Shown in pieces: positions 20,490 to 33,220 of a stretch of DNA of 64,000 nt. The translations under genes and the position numbers were made by a program. The stretch is taken from contig NW_027362762.1 in NCBI RefSeq assembly GCF_046119375.1, positions 407,030,001-407,094,000 of the forward strand, written 5' to 3'. The first letter of the stretch is position 1, and every line of letters starts with the position of its first letter. Source of the stretch: Phyllobates terribilis. Taxonomy: Eukaryota. The notes beneath the pieces are model-generated. The model was not told the DNA's origin and did no database searches. It saw only the letters and a program-made list of their open reading frames with translations.

Positions 20490-23398
20490 GTGGTGTTGAG
20501 AAGTCTGGCCCATTCCAGCTCTTGTTCATTTTTATAAGAGTCAGCCTGTCAGCATTTTCAGTTGACAGGCGGATACTCTTTTCAGTTATAATTCCACCAG
20601 CAGCACTAAAAACCCACTCTAATAAAATGCCAGCAGCAGGGCAGGACAGGACCTCCAAGGAGTAGAGAGCCAGTTCATTTTACGTATCCATCTTGGATAC
20701 CAAATAATTATAAGGCACCGAGGAATCACGGAGGACGTTAGTACGGTCGGCAAGGTACTCCCTCAGTATCTTCCCAAACTTTGCACTCCTTGTGAGAGTA
20801 CCCCACGTCTCAGGGCCTGTGCGATGGGAGGGGCTGAGAAAACTCTCCCAGAACTTTGACAGTGTTCCCCTGCCAGTGCTGGATTGGAGTTGTGTCTTTC
20901 TTGCCTGTACTCCTTGGTTGTCCAACGAAGTGTGACCTCTGCCGCCAGCGTTTTCAGATGGGAATTTTTTTAATAGTTTCGCAACAAGGGCCTTCTTGTA
21001 TTGCCCCATTTTCATAGACCTGTCCGCCTCAGGAATAAGAGAAAGAAAGTTCTCCTTGTAGCATGGGTCTAGAAGTGTCACCAACCAGTAATGACCGTCA
21101 CCCAAAATTTTGAGAATGCGAGGGTCACGGGAAAGGCAGCATAACATAAACTCAGTGCCAGACTGCTAACAGGCAACATTTCCGTGTTCTCACCAAGAGG
21201 ACGACTGACCATGCTCTCCTCCTCCACCCTGTCCTCAGGCCGTCCACGCTGAACAAACAGAATGACAGTTGTGCAGGTAGTACCGTCTATAACGCATGAA
21301 ACTAGCTCCTGTTCTTCCTCCTCCTCTTCCTCATTGTCACCCAATCCACATTGGGATGAGATGAGGCTGGGCTGTGTGTAATCACCCTTTATGGTTCCTT
21401 GCTCCATCTCATCGTGCTCTGCCTGCAGTGCATCCTCTTTGATTGTAAGCAGAGAGCATTTCAGAAGACAGAGAAGCGGGATGGTGATGCTAATTTTGGC
21501 GTCATCGCCGCTCACCATCTTGGTAGAGTCCATAAAGTTTTGGAGGATGGTACAGATTTTTGACATCCATGTCCACTCCTGAGATCTTATGTGTGCAGTC
21601 TGAACTGAATACCGATGGCCTTGTTGACGCTGGTAGTCAACAACTGCTATCTTCTGCTCACAAATCCTTCCCAACATCTGCAGTGTAGAGTTTCAATGCG
21701 TGGGGACATCACACTCCAGTCTGTGAGCCAGAAGCTGCAAATGCTGCTGAAGCACGGCAAGGGCAGTGGAAGCTGTAGCTGACTTTCTAAAATGGGCACA
21801 CAGGTGGTGTACTTTGACAAGAAAATCCGGCAGGTCCGGGTAGGTTTTGAGAAACCGCTGAATCACGAGGTAAAGCACATTGACCAGGCATGCTACATGT
21901 GTGAGCTTGCCTCGCCTCAGAGCCGCCACAAGGTTCCGGCCATTGTCACAAACGACTATGCGTGGCTGTAAGTTCAGTGGTGTCAGCCACAGATCTGCCT
22001 GCTCTTTCAGGGCTGTCCACAACTCTTCAACATTGTGCGGTTTGTCACCTAAGCATATTAGCTTCAGCACAACCAGTTTCCGCTTGGCTGAGGCAGTGCT
22101 GCAGTGCTTCCAGCTTATGGCTGATGTGGTCATTTTGGAGATGGAGGCTGAATAGGAGAAGGAGGCTGAGGAGGATGAGGTGCAGGAGCTGTCTTGTAAT
22201 GTGGGAATTTAGTAGTGTGGCCTGTGGGGCATTGGCTGTGTATTTGCACTTGCGTTTTTTTAAAGACTGGGGTATTGGACAACTGAAAGCTGCGCTGGGA
22301 CAAGGACGTGGACGTGCTTCCTGATGCTGCTTCTTGAGCATGTGCAATGACAGGTGCATGGCAGGAGGCATCTTTACATGCACCATGGACAGGGGATTTG
22401 CTTGCATGCACAACAGTGGAAGAAGCAGTGATGCTACCCGCAGACACCGTTCCTGGACCCTAGGGTTAGGCCCACAAAGTCAGGTGCTTTGCTGCCATGT
22501 GACTTATAATGCTGGTGGTGGTCAGGCTGGTAGTTTTGCCACCCCTGCTGATACTGGCCTGGCAGGTAATGCAAATGGCCTTTATGGGGTTATCGGCAGA
22601 GTCTTAAAAAAAAAACAGACTCTGGAAGACCTAACAGTTGTACTGGCAACTTCCTTCGTGTTGGTGTAACGAGGAAAGGTTGCCCGCCTTCTGTCTGTGG
22701 CCACCACACTGATTCTTCCTGTTTGTTGGGGTGCTCTGCCTCCCTTCCCCTGTGTGCTGCTGTCCTCGCTCTTCATGTCCTCCTGCAAGGTTGGGTCAGT
22801 TACTATATCATCCACCACCTCGTCTTCCACTTCCGCACCCTGGTCCTCCTCCTGACTTTCTGGCAATTGTGTCTCATCATCGTCCACCTATTGTGACACA
22901 TTCCCACGGTCACCTTCGTGTGACCGTCGCTGCTCACATATTTGGACATCGCTACATGCAATCTTTTTTTGCCCCGCTTCAAGTGGACTGGGCGAAAGGC
23001 CCGAATCTATAAATGGAAAAGTGAACAGCTCTTCAGAGTGTCCAAATGTGGGAAAAGTTGTCTCTGGGCACTCGACATGGTGGGAGGAAGGAGGATCAGG
23101 GTGAGGAATATGCAGTCCAGACTCACGGCTACTGAGACTTGACCGTGTGGAAGACAGGGTGGTGGTGGTGGTGGTGGCGGCAAAGTGACTGGAAGCATTA
23201 TCCACTATCTTACCAACAACCTTTTGACACTGCTCTGGGCTCAATAGTGGTGTCCCCTTGGAATTTGGACAGGAAGATAGGGCGAGAAGATGTGGGTGTT
23301 TGTTGTGGCACAAATTCAGCTTGCCCACGGCCTCTGCATCTGCATGCACCAACACCATCATGTCCACTTCCCCTTCCCATGCCATGCGCCTTGCCCAT
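20490..23398 (-). pseudogene. Decayed hAT-B transposase
   Basis: Fragments in several frames: MGKAHGMGRGSG N-terminus; BED finger (FFKDSADNPIKAICITC...HMAAKH); VVCDNGRNL; LLDPCYK; EVLSCPAAGILLEWVFSAAGG...IKMNKSW. Confidence 0.9.
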
Positions 23399-23429
23399 TT
23401 TAAATAGAGGACAATATCTTCCACGCTCA

Positions 23430-23790
23430 CGTGGCAGTATTTTCTGGAAACCTATATGTGATCCACGTGACAAAGAAACCACAGTTTTAAATACCTGGCC
23501 TGTAGGTAACTATTTTGAACATCAAACCGTGTCAAAAACTTCGCTGACACACTTAAACAAATTTTTAATGGAGGCCAGAAATGGCAGTATTTTCTGAAAA
23601 TGTATATGTGATGCATGTGACGGAGAAACCACAGTTTTAAATACCTGTCCTGTAGGTAACTATTTTGAACAGCAAACCGGTGTCAAAAAGTTCGCTGACA
23701 CACTGAAACAAATTTTTAATGGAGGCCAGAAATGGCAGTATTTTCTGAAAACTTATATGTGATCCATGTGACGGAGAAACCACACTTTTA
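23430..23790. repeat. ~150-bp tandem repeat (~2.3 units) upstream of the hAT-B ORF
   Basis: tggcagtattttctg recurs at 23432, 23582 and 23733. Reverse-complement homologous to the ~155-bp units at 34455-34930. Confidence 0.8.
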
Positions 23791-24542
23791 AATAGCTGGA
23801 TTTTTAGCACTGTAATATTGAAAAGACCTAGCTGTATTCTGCACTGCCAACAAGCAAATGGCGCAGAAAAAAATTGTGTTCTCTGGATTGCTTTTCATGC
23901 AAATACACTGCCTTCTTGATATCTCTGCAGATGGATTAGTCCTCAGAAGGACTGTTTGTTGAGATGGATATGTGTAATATGCTTCTCTTCTACCTACACT
24001 ACCTAATAAACAACCAAATCTTTCCCTAGCTCAGCAGCACCTCTCCCTACACTGTCTGATTGCGAAGTAGACTGACGAGCACAGCGGCGCCAGGTCTGAT
24101 ATAGACCTGATGACACTGTGCGGCCAGCCAATCACTGTAATGCCACAACCAACATGACTGCGGCATTACAGTGAATGGCAGGCAATCCCTGCATGTTCAT
24201 TGGCTCTGTAAATAGCGCCAAACATGCGGGGAGGGGACCCGAGCATCCGCCCGAGCATCTCGCAAGTACTCGGTGAGCTCCGAGCAACTCGAGTACTGAG
24301 ATGCTCGGGCGAGTACCGAGTACTTGCGAGTATTCTCCGTCATCACTAATACACACCACTAGAGATGAAAGAACCTTTAAAGGTTTGATTTGTTTCATAT
24401 CGGCGAACTTCCCAATGTTCGACGAACAATTCGTTGAACATATCCGAATCCCATTGCGTTCAATGGGAGGCAAAACCAAACACATACACAACACCTTTGC
24501 CAGGAAAAGTGGAATCAATTGACCCTCAGTACAAATAGTATA

Positions 24543-25610
24543 ATTAATTAGATTTATTATTATAGCACCATTTATTCAAAGGCTCTTTGCATGTGAAAAC
24601 GGATATACATAGCAAACAACAAATACAATAATCTTGAATAAAAAAGAGTCACCGACTGGTACAGGAGGAGAGAGGACCCTGCCCACTAGGGCTCACTAAC
24701 AATCTACAAGTAATGGGTGAGGATACAGTAGGTGAGTATGTAGCTGGTTGTGCAGCAGTATGGTGGAGCGAGGGTTACTGCAGGTTGTTGGAAGAGGCAG
24801 GTCTTCAGGTTCCTTTAGAAGGTTTCCACGGTAGGTGAGAGTCTTATATGTTGGGGTAGAGAGTTCCAGAGTAGGGGAGATGCACGGTACAAATCTTGTA
24901 TGCGATTGTGGGAAGATTAGATAAAAGGGGAGTAGAGAAGGAGATCTTGTGATGATCAGAGGTTGCGTGTATACAAGTATTGGGAGACTAAGTCACAGAT
25001 GTATTCAGGTTACAGGTTTTGGATGGCTTTTTATAGCAAAGTTAGGATTTTCAACTGGAGTCACTGGGCAATGGAGAGCGAGTGCTGGGATTTACAGAGG
25101 GGAGAAACTGGGGAATAGCAGGGTGACAGATGGATTGGTCGGGCAGAAGAGTTTAGGATAGATTGGAGGGGTGCGAGAGTGTGAGAAGGGAGGCCACATT
25201 GCAGGAACTTGCAGTAGTCATGGCGGGAGATGATGAGGGCGTGCACTAGTGTTTTTGCCGATTCATGGTAGAGGAATGTGCGGATCTAGGAGATATTTTA
25301 GAGTTGGATTCGGCAGGAAGTGGGAAGGGCTTGGATTTCAGGTTTGGAGAGATCAGAGTCAAGCTTGGGGACCTAGGAAGAGTGGGCAGCCATTGACTTT
25401 GATGGATAGGTCGGTTGGGGGGATAAATGAGATGGTGGAAAGATGATGATTTCTGTTTTATCCATGTTAAGTTTTAGAAATCCAGCAGAGAAGCAAGATG
25501 AAATAGCGGACAGACATTGTGGGATTCTGGTTAGTAAGGAGGTCATATCAGGTTCATAGAGGTAGATCTGTGTGTCGTCAGCATAGAGGTGATACTGATG
25601 AGACTTAGAT
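24543..25610 (-). mobile_element. 5'-truncated L2-clade LINE
   Basis: HLYADDTQIYL...FLKLNMDKTEIIIFP RT motif; L2-type 3' UTR with (AAT)n tail at the left end. Confidence 0.88.
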
Positions 25611-26506
25611 ACCTGAGGCACACACGGACTGTACTGTGCTGTCAGGACAGGAAGAGGAGGAGGGTGACTCTCAGGATGAGGATTGAGAGAACAGATAGGA
25701 TGATGATGAAGTTGTAGATCCCACTTGGTGTGAACCCAGAGGTATGCAACTGAGAGGCTCAATAGAGGAGGCGGAAGAGGCAGAAGATGAGGAGGTTACA
25801 TTGCAGCTTCCCGCACAGACACAGAGTGAAGCAAACACGACAAGCATTGCTTCCACATCCACAGCTCTGGCTGTGGCTAGCAGCAGTTGTGCGCAGTTGT
25901 GGGTCTGCAGTTTGCAGGGGCAGCAAGGTTTGCCTAGCCTGTGTCTTTTTGGAGACCGCAAAGGATGACACAACTCACATTATCTGCCAACTTTGTTAAA
26001 CACGACTGAGTAGAGGCAAAAATTGCAATAATTTGACTACAGCATGCATGAACAAGCACATGCACGATCAACATGCGTTAGACTGGGAATCTCACTGCGC
26101 TAAAATGCAGACTAGCGGACCTCACCATCCAGCAGCCGTCCAATCAACCGCAACTGCTGCTTCTTCCTCCTACGTCACCATGGCAAGTATTCTCACACAG
26201 GTCTGCGACCGCAGAATCTCCACTTTTTACCCACTACAGAGTGAGTGAGAGTCTGTTAACTGGTGACATGCCTACTGTTTTTGACCAATCTCAGACATTG
26301 AGCACGCCACATCTTTCTCAATCCACCATAACATATTCACCTGCACCTCTCTCACAGTCTAGCAGTTTGTCGTGTTCACCATACTCCGCCCTCTCTCAGC
26401 ACAGCAACCAGCCCTCAGTCCCGCAGTTGTGGTCACATAAAAGATTGGAGTGACTGGGTGACTCTGGTGGCTGTGGGGGCAGGCGGGGAAGGGGCTGCTC
26501 CACAAG

Positions 26507-26732
26507 TCTTGGAATCCTTAAGGCTTGCAGGGCGCTTGGGGATGGAGTACTAAACCACTACCCACCAGAAGATGGAGAATTAAAGTACTAGACAACAGGG
26601 TTTGGAGAACTAAACTACTAAACACCTAGGGTTGGAGAACTAAACCACTACACAACAGGGGATGGAGAACTAAACCACTAGACACCAAGATGTCACTAGA
26701 CATTAAGCCTTGGAATCCCCAAGGCTTGCAGG
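26507..26732. repeat. ~30-bp minisatellite (ggagaactaaaccacta...) bracketed by a ~24-bp direct repeat
   Basis: About five units at 26540-26690; cttggaatcc..aaggcttgcagg occurs on both sides. Confidence 0.65.
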
Positions 26733-28173
26733 ACAAACCTCTGTGTCTAACACTTATTTTACTGCTTCTGCCTCCTTAACCTTCTCTAGGGCCTCCACCT
26801 GCACCCTCAATCTCTGCCTTAATGATACATGCATTCCAACAGTGCATAGAGAATACCGCCCACCTCCGTACTGCGCAGCCAGGGCTCACTGCAATCAAAC
26901 ATTGTTTGAATTAATATGCCTTGGAGATTACAGTCATACAGATCAAGAGTTGTGGACAGCTATCCAGGCCAAATTTGAGCAATGGCTGTCTCCAATGAAC
27001 CTGGAGCCAGGGAAGGCAAAGTGCGATAATGGTGCTAACCTGGTGGTGTCCCTACACTGGGGCAACCTTACACACGTGCCTTGCATGGCTCACATCCTCA
27101 ATCTGGTAGTACAGCAATTGTCTAGACCTGTATGCGCTGCTGCAGAAACCAGAGTCGCTGTCTTCTCACTTCCGCCATTCGTAAACTCACGTGTTATCAA
27201 CTTTCATTGCTATAAGATCTTTCGGCCTACTGGTTAACTAATTGATATGTGATGTTGCAACATGGTGTAATTGATTTCTGCATATTTTGCAGCGACTGTG
27301 GCAGTAGCAACGAGCTTTGACACTGTATGTCATATTGCATAGCCTGAGCCAACTCAGTACGGATGTGATGCAAATTACACTTGCGGAGTGGACACAGATG
27401 AAGGACCTCTGCACCCTTCTGCACAGTTTCAAAATGGCTACTAAGATGGTTAGTTCTGATGATGCTGTCATCAGCTTCACTATACTGGTCATCTACATGC
27501 TGGAGCACACTTTGAATAGTCTGCGGGAGGAGGTGGTGGTCCCAGGGGAAGAGGAAAAAGTAGAAGAGGATGACGAAGGGCTAATAATTTCTCTAAGTTC
27601 TCGACTGTCATCGCACAGGTGGTTGCCATGGGAGGGTGGATTACAGTGATCAAGGGGGGCTCATGGTAGCAGACAAACTGTGGATGGTGAAGGTGCAGGA
27701 GCTGAGGAACAAATGGAGGAGGATGAGAAGGAAGAGGTGATGGACGTGCAACAGTTAGGAGATGAAGAGGATAATGATCCCTTCTCTGTTGTCCATGGTT
27801 TCCAGGAGGGAATGTAGAAAGCAAGATTGAGTTTTATCCCACCACCAACACACTATGGACTTGGACCTCATGAAAGAGCCCGACCCATAAGCGTCTTCTT
27901 GCAGCACTATCTCTAACATGATTGTTACCCGTATTGTTAGGTTTAGGTATAGTGCTAACTGCTGGGTTGCCACCCTGTTCAATCCATGGTACAAGAGGAA
28001 ATTTTGCCACTTGCTTCCTCCCATGGAAAGAGACACGGCCATGCTGGAGTATCAAAACATGCTTGAAGACAATCTTGAGAGATGATTTACCCAAGACAGC
28101 AGAAAGGCACACAGTGTGCATCGCAGTTTTAGAATTCCAATCCCAGGAACGTTGAGTCGCCAACGCAAAAACA

Positions 28174-28420
28174 TTAGCAGCCTTGCAGCACTGGGGTTTT
28201 GTGTTCCAACCCCACCAAGGACAAGATCTGCAAGGAGTTTGTAAGTTCTCCTGGTGTTTGTGAGGGTTTCCTCGGGGTACTTTTTTTTCTTCCCACACTC
28301 CAAAGATATACTGATAGGAAATTTAAATTGTGAGGCCCAATGGGGACAGTGCCACTTATGTCTGTAAAGCGCTGTGAAATTAATGGTGCTATATGAGTAA
28401 AATAAAATAAAAAAATTATT
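28174..28420 (+). mobile_element. tRNA-derived SINE (V-SINE-like core, L2-type tail)
   Basis: gcagccttgcagcactgggg...ccaccaaggacaagatctgcaaggagtttgta...cccacactccaaaga...tgtaaagcgctgtg...gctatat...(taaaa)n. Confidence 0.75.
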
Positions 28421-29239
28421 GGAATCGCTTCACTCCTTTTTAAGACAACACCGTGCACCTGCAAAACAGAGTACAAGTCTGACACAAAGTGAACGACTGG
28501 AGAAGATGGTGTAGGAGTATTTAAAGCTCAATATCAATGCTATCAGGGGGACTTTGGACCTTTTTGAATTTTGGCATAGAAAAATTGAAGAGTGCCTTGA
28601 GCTCGCCTGTCATGCCTTAGAGGTTTTGTCATGGGCGGCAGCCACTGTTCTCTCAGAATCTGTCTTGAGGGCTGCTGGTGTCTTGATGGATAAATGCATC
28701 TGGGTGTCCCCTGAAAGTGTAGACCGCCCAACTTTCATCAAAATTAAAAAGTCATGGATCTCCAAGGCCTTTTTCACCCCAGTCACAGACAGGGAAGACT
28801 AGGCGATGGTGTCGTTTTTAGTGTGCTGTATTAATCTCGTGTTATTGCTGTCTGTGACACCTTTGTTGTGGCTTCTGTTCCTATTGTTGCTAGCGCTGCT
28901 GATGTTACTAAAAAAATTTTGAAATGTGGAGACTGCAAGTTGGGTCTCCATCTGGTGGGTTGCTTGTAGTGGCTGGTGTGTCAGAGCCCCATTGCACTAT
29001 TTCTACTAAGGGGAAATTGATAATGTCTGTAAAGCGCTGTGGAATTTTTATTGCTATATAAGTGAGTGAAATAAATAAATAGAAATTGATGCCACTTTAG
29101 TGGTATCTGCACATAATGATTGGAAATGTTTGGTCTCTAAGTTGGGTTTCCTTCATGTGTGTTGACTTTAGCAGAGCTCTCAGAGCATCAGGCCTACATC
29201 TGTCAATCATCCATTAGTTACTGATCAAAGTTTAAGCTA

Positions 29240-30030
29240 GAAATGCTGCTCCAAGCCCAGTTGAATGCTTAAATGTGGCATGGTTTCAGGACCACGCTAT
29301 TAGCACAAGCAATTTAGATTCTGAAATTTTGACTCCTAGATGGAGCACAATATTAGCACAAAATAATTAAGAGCTGAAATGTGGCCTAGTTTCTGTAGCA
29401 CTGTAGTAAAACAACAAATTTAGACTTTATAATGTGAACCAGAATATCAGCACTAAAGAATTAAAAGCTGACATATAGCCTGCTTCATATAGTTTAGTAG
29501 TAAGACAACAAATTTAGATTTTGTCATGTGAACCCCTGTATGGAGAAGAATATCGGCACCAAAGAATTAAAAGCTGAAATGTGGCCTACTTTATGTAGCA
29601 CAGTAGTAAGACAACAAATTTAGATTTTATTATGTGAACCCCTGTATGGAGAAGAAGGTCAGCACGAAAATATTACAAGCTGAGATGTGGACTGCTGTTT
29701 GTATCATGGTAGTAACAGAAGAAATTAGATTTTTTTACTGTGGACAAGCCGTGTATGCAGCTGTATCTCAGCACAAAAAAATACAAGCTGAGATGAGGAT
29801 TGCTGTATGAATTATGGTAGTAACAGAAAAAAATAGTTTTTTTTCTGTGGATGACCCCTTTATATAACAGAATCTCAGAGCAAAAAAATTACAAGCTGAG
29901 ATGTGACCTGCTGTATGTATCACAGTAGTAACAGAAAAAATGAGATTTTTTTTTACTGTGGACGAGCTCTTTATACAGCAGAATGTAAGTGTAAGTGCAT
30001 AAAAATTACAAGCTGAGATGGGGCCTCAGC
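29240..30030. repeat. ~117-bp degenerate tandem array (~7 units) in hAT-C
   Basis: Recurring aagctga(a/g)atgtgg...gtagtaa(g/c)a.aa.aaatt.gatttt...tgtg.ac...cagcac. Confidence 0.75.
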
Positions 30031-30739
30031 TTGTACTCCAGGTGTACTCCTGCATGGAGCACAATATCAGCACAACAGAGTTCTGTGCTGAAATGTAGCC
30101 TGGTGTCTCTTTCTGGACCGCACTAATAGCAAAAACGATTGATCTTCTGGAAGGTTGATTACAGCCACACAGGATCCTATTTATCTGAACTATCTGACTT
30201 ACAAGCAACCGCCTAGCTAACTATCTCAGTCTCCAGTAGCATCGTCAGGGGCAGCCTCTCTGCGCTTTTACACTGACAAAATGGAACTAAAACAACATGT
30301 CCGCTCTTTATATGGAGGTGCACATGTGACTTCAGCAGTCAATGACAGAAGCCCTTTTGTCTAGACATTGCAGATGGTTCCTGCGCCATTATTGGCTTGC
30401 CGGAATCTCCACACATTAAGTTGAGAAAAAAAATTAGATTGAGTCTGCCACTATTCTGACCTCTTCCTTCTCCCTTCCCCCTTCCCTCATCAAACACGTC
30501 CCCCCGCCCATCATACAGCACCACTATCCTAACCAAACTCATAAAAAATACAGTAGTACAAATGTGATCATTTACTGCACTTTTGCCGAATTGGGACGAT
30601 TTCAGTAAGTGTTCAATCACGAATCCAAATGTGCAATGTTTGTGCCAAATTTGAAAAAACTAACATTTTCCGAACATGTTCGCTCATCTGTATATACCAC
30701 ACAATGCAATAACAACCTTCTCTCATTATTTGAGCATGT

Positions 30740-32150
30740 TTGCAGTGTTTCTTTTATGTGTTTTGCTCCCTTATTAGATACTTTTTTATGCAGATGTAAA
30801 TCCTCATTTTAATTTCTATAGAAAAGCTTTGATTCTGCGCTTAAAAATATGGTGTTTTATGTTTGTTTTTTTGCATAAATTTTTTTCAGGATCCTGTTTT
30901 TCCAAGTATTTAAAGGGCTCAGATACGGCTTTAAAGAAGGCGATTCATTTTTATTAGAATTAAATGATTACAGAAAATAGGAAATAGTGTGATATTGCAT
31001 ACAATTTTGCATAATATAAATCACAAAAGTAAAGTACTTACAGCGAACACTATAAAGGAAAAACTTCACCAGCAGCAACATACATCATCTGTCCAGGAAA
31101 CATCAGCTGCGAGGAGCAAAACAGCGAATACAGAGAAAAGTCCTGGGATGAATCCACACTGCAACGTCAGGGCGTCCCCTTATAGTTCACAGGTCAACAG
31201 GCTTCTGTCTTAGCTGAAAACTTCACTAGCTTATATCTTGTTTGAAAACAAATGCTTGCGTAACCAAATGTTACACAAATTCTGACAGGTTCTATTTGTT
31301 CGATATTGTATCTTTCTTCTTAGTGGCCAACTCTTCAGATATCAATTAACACCAAACAAATATATCAAATATATCACCGGAGATGAAACATGCCAAAGGC
31401 TCCTGGTACCAGTTGTTTTACCATTCTATAAACACAGCATATTCTCACCAAATATTGCTAAGAATTTAAACATGCATCGTTCTCTCTAAACATTGATAAA
31501 AGAGCTATGTGGTACTGGGTGATACTATAAACTAAACATTGATAATAGAGCTATGCGGTCCAGGTGTTGGGAAAATGACATAAAGTACAAGGCTAACATA
31601 AGCTGAACTGTTACTGTGAAATATCTTAAAGGGTTCTTTAAAGACAGGCTACCAATATGGATTCCTGATGGGCATTAAGATCTTAGCACTACAGCTCCCC
31701 ATAGAAGCTTATAGAGGAAAAAAAGTAGCAAAACTGCACAGTTCAGCAATGTCTTTAGGCACACTGAGGGAAGGAGATTTAATGAAATGCCATCCAGATT
31801 GCTTGGATATTTTGGCCATGTTCACATGTAGCATAAATGCTGCATTTTTTCAGCTACTTTTTTTGCACAGAAATTCTGCTGAGTTTAACCATCCAAGTAA
31901 AGTGGATGAGATTTCATGAAAACTGTGCCCTAAGTGTGTCTAAAGTCATTGCGTTTGATATTGGTATTTTTTTTCTCTAGAGGCATCTATGCAGAGCCAA
32001 AAAATGCATGCAAAAAACTGCAGTTACTTTTTTTGTGCTCAATCAAAGCTTTTCTGTACTATAAAAAAACACTTAAAAACATGGCTACACATCTGCACCA
32101 AAAAAGCATCAAATAAGGGAGGAAATGATTAAAAATGCAGCAAAAAATGC
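30740..32150. repeat. Pair of degenerate ~110-bp inverted repeats (MITE-like) at ~30740-30850 and ~32030-32150
   Basis: tgctcccttattagatacttttttatgcagatgta versus acacatctgcaccaaaaaagcatcaaataagggagga. Confidence 0.4.
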
Positions 32151-32329
32151 ATAAATCAGAGAAGATTGTTATTTCATAGTTTGGTGTGGACACCTGCAGA
32201 AAACTAAAAACACTGGACTTACTCTATGTGTGGAATTGGCCTTACAGATGCAAAAAAAGCTAGATATTCTATGGTGAACCTTATATCGAAATGAGAAATT
32301 TATGGCTGCTGCAACTGTGAATGAATGAA

Positions 32330-32640
32330 CAAAAAATAAATCCATAGGTCCCAACTAGAGAAGAGCATGAAACACAGATTACATCGTGCCAGCCCTAGCT
32401 AATCAAAAGCCATGCCAGGGACACCGGAAGGTAAGAGATCTGACATGGATACTGGACCGGAGTCCCATGAATCGATCAGCTCATCGTTAGTCCTAATCGT
32501 CCTGGATACAGTGTGACATTCCCCGATTTGGGTCTAAGCCTTGCAGTCTCGGGCATCTGCACAATGTACCTCACTGCCACCACTCTTCGGGCATCTCCAC
32601 CGGCCAGTGTGGAAAGAAATGGTCAATGATTCTGGCTTTA
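32330..32640 (-). pseudogene. Possible L1 ORF2 C-terminal remnant
   Basis: Weak resemblance (FFPH...CP...GTL...CPRLQ) to the L1 cysteine-rich C-terminus; heavily decayed. Confidence 0.3.
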
Positions 32641-32967
32641 GATGTGGCTAGGGGCATGGTCGAAATTTGCTGCATAATTTGTCCCTCTTTCTGTTTTTAA
32701 AAAGTTGGGAGGTAAGATTGTGGTATGAAACATCTTGAACAGGTTCTCCAAAGTGAGTAGAGTTGGGGTGAGATTAGGTGAGATGAGGTGGGGGAAAATT
32801 CCACCCAACAAATTCATCAAAATTTAAACCAATTTAGTGGCATAAATTACGCCATATATGTGCTCTAGTCCTTTACTGACGTAACATTTCTTGAGGAGGT
32901 ACATGGCAGTTGTAAGATATATCTAGTTTAATTAATATCAGTCTTAATGAATTGAGCTTTGTATACT

Positions 32968-33220
32968 CTATGGTAAAGATTTATCGAGACTTGTATTTTT
33001 CATGCTGGTCTTGATGAAGTGGCAGGATGGAGCGCCGGTCAAACACTGGAGTAAGACTTGTGGCATAAGAAATGCCACAGCCTGTCATGAATTTGACAAC
33101 AATTTTGTTGGAGCTGGGAAAAAATAGTGCAACAATGCCAAAAGTCGCAATATCGCATTGTTCAATAATTTTGCGACATTTCAAAGCTTTTTGCTTAAAA
33201 GCTTTGATGAATCGGGTCCT
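32968..33220. mobile_element. Short non-autonomous DNA element (MITE-like)
   Basis: Ends agatttatcgagac... and ...tttgatgaatcgggtc are loosely complementary; no TSD confirmed. Confidence 0.35.

Larger units (their letters stand above)
434..24348 (-). mobile_element. Old hAT DNA transposon ('hAT-B'), host of the hAT-A and Gypsy insertions; ~5.7 kb once those are removed
   Basis: Degenerate TIR aagtgatgtgtg at 434 and TIR catcacta ending at 24348. The internal sequence is continuous across the two TSD-flanked insertions, and a decayed transposase lies on the minus strand. No matching 8-bp TSD was found, so pairing of the two ends is inferred. Confidence 0.6.
25650..28802 (+). pseudogene. Decayed hAT-C transposase, interrupted by a SINE and a minisatellite insert
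   Basis: Acidic DPTW motif; BED remnant (HIICQLC...CMNKHMHDQH); KCDNGANL...HVPCMAHILNL; FWHRK...ELACHALEVLSW...SESVLRAAG...FIKIKKSWI. Confidence 0.88.
24360..30692. mobile_element. Decayed, rearranged hAT element ('hAT-C')
   Basis: TIR-like tagagatgaaag at 24360 and ttcgctcatctgta ending at 30692. Flanks cacaccac / tataccac match 6 of 8, consistent with an eroded TSD. Confidence 0.6.

Noticed and set aside
426-24356. TSD for hAT-B
   Set aside because: Flanks ctcattca and atacacac do not match, so the pairing of the two ends stays inferred.
31042-31213. Candidate minus-strand host exon (ATG at 31081, MLLLVKFFLYSVR, phase-1 gtaagt donor)
   Set aside because: Signal-peptide-like, but only 13 codons with a weak acceptor, no recognisable homology and no partner exon in the window. 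RNA-seq would be needed.
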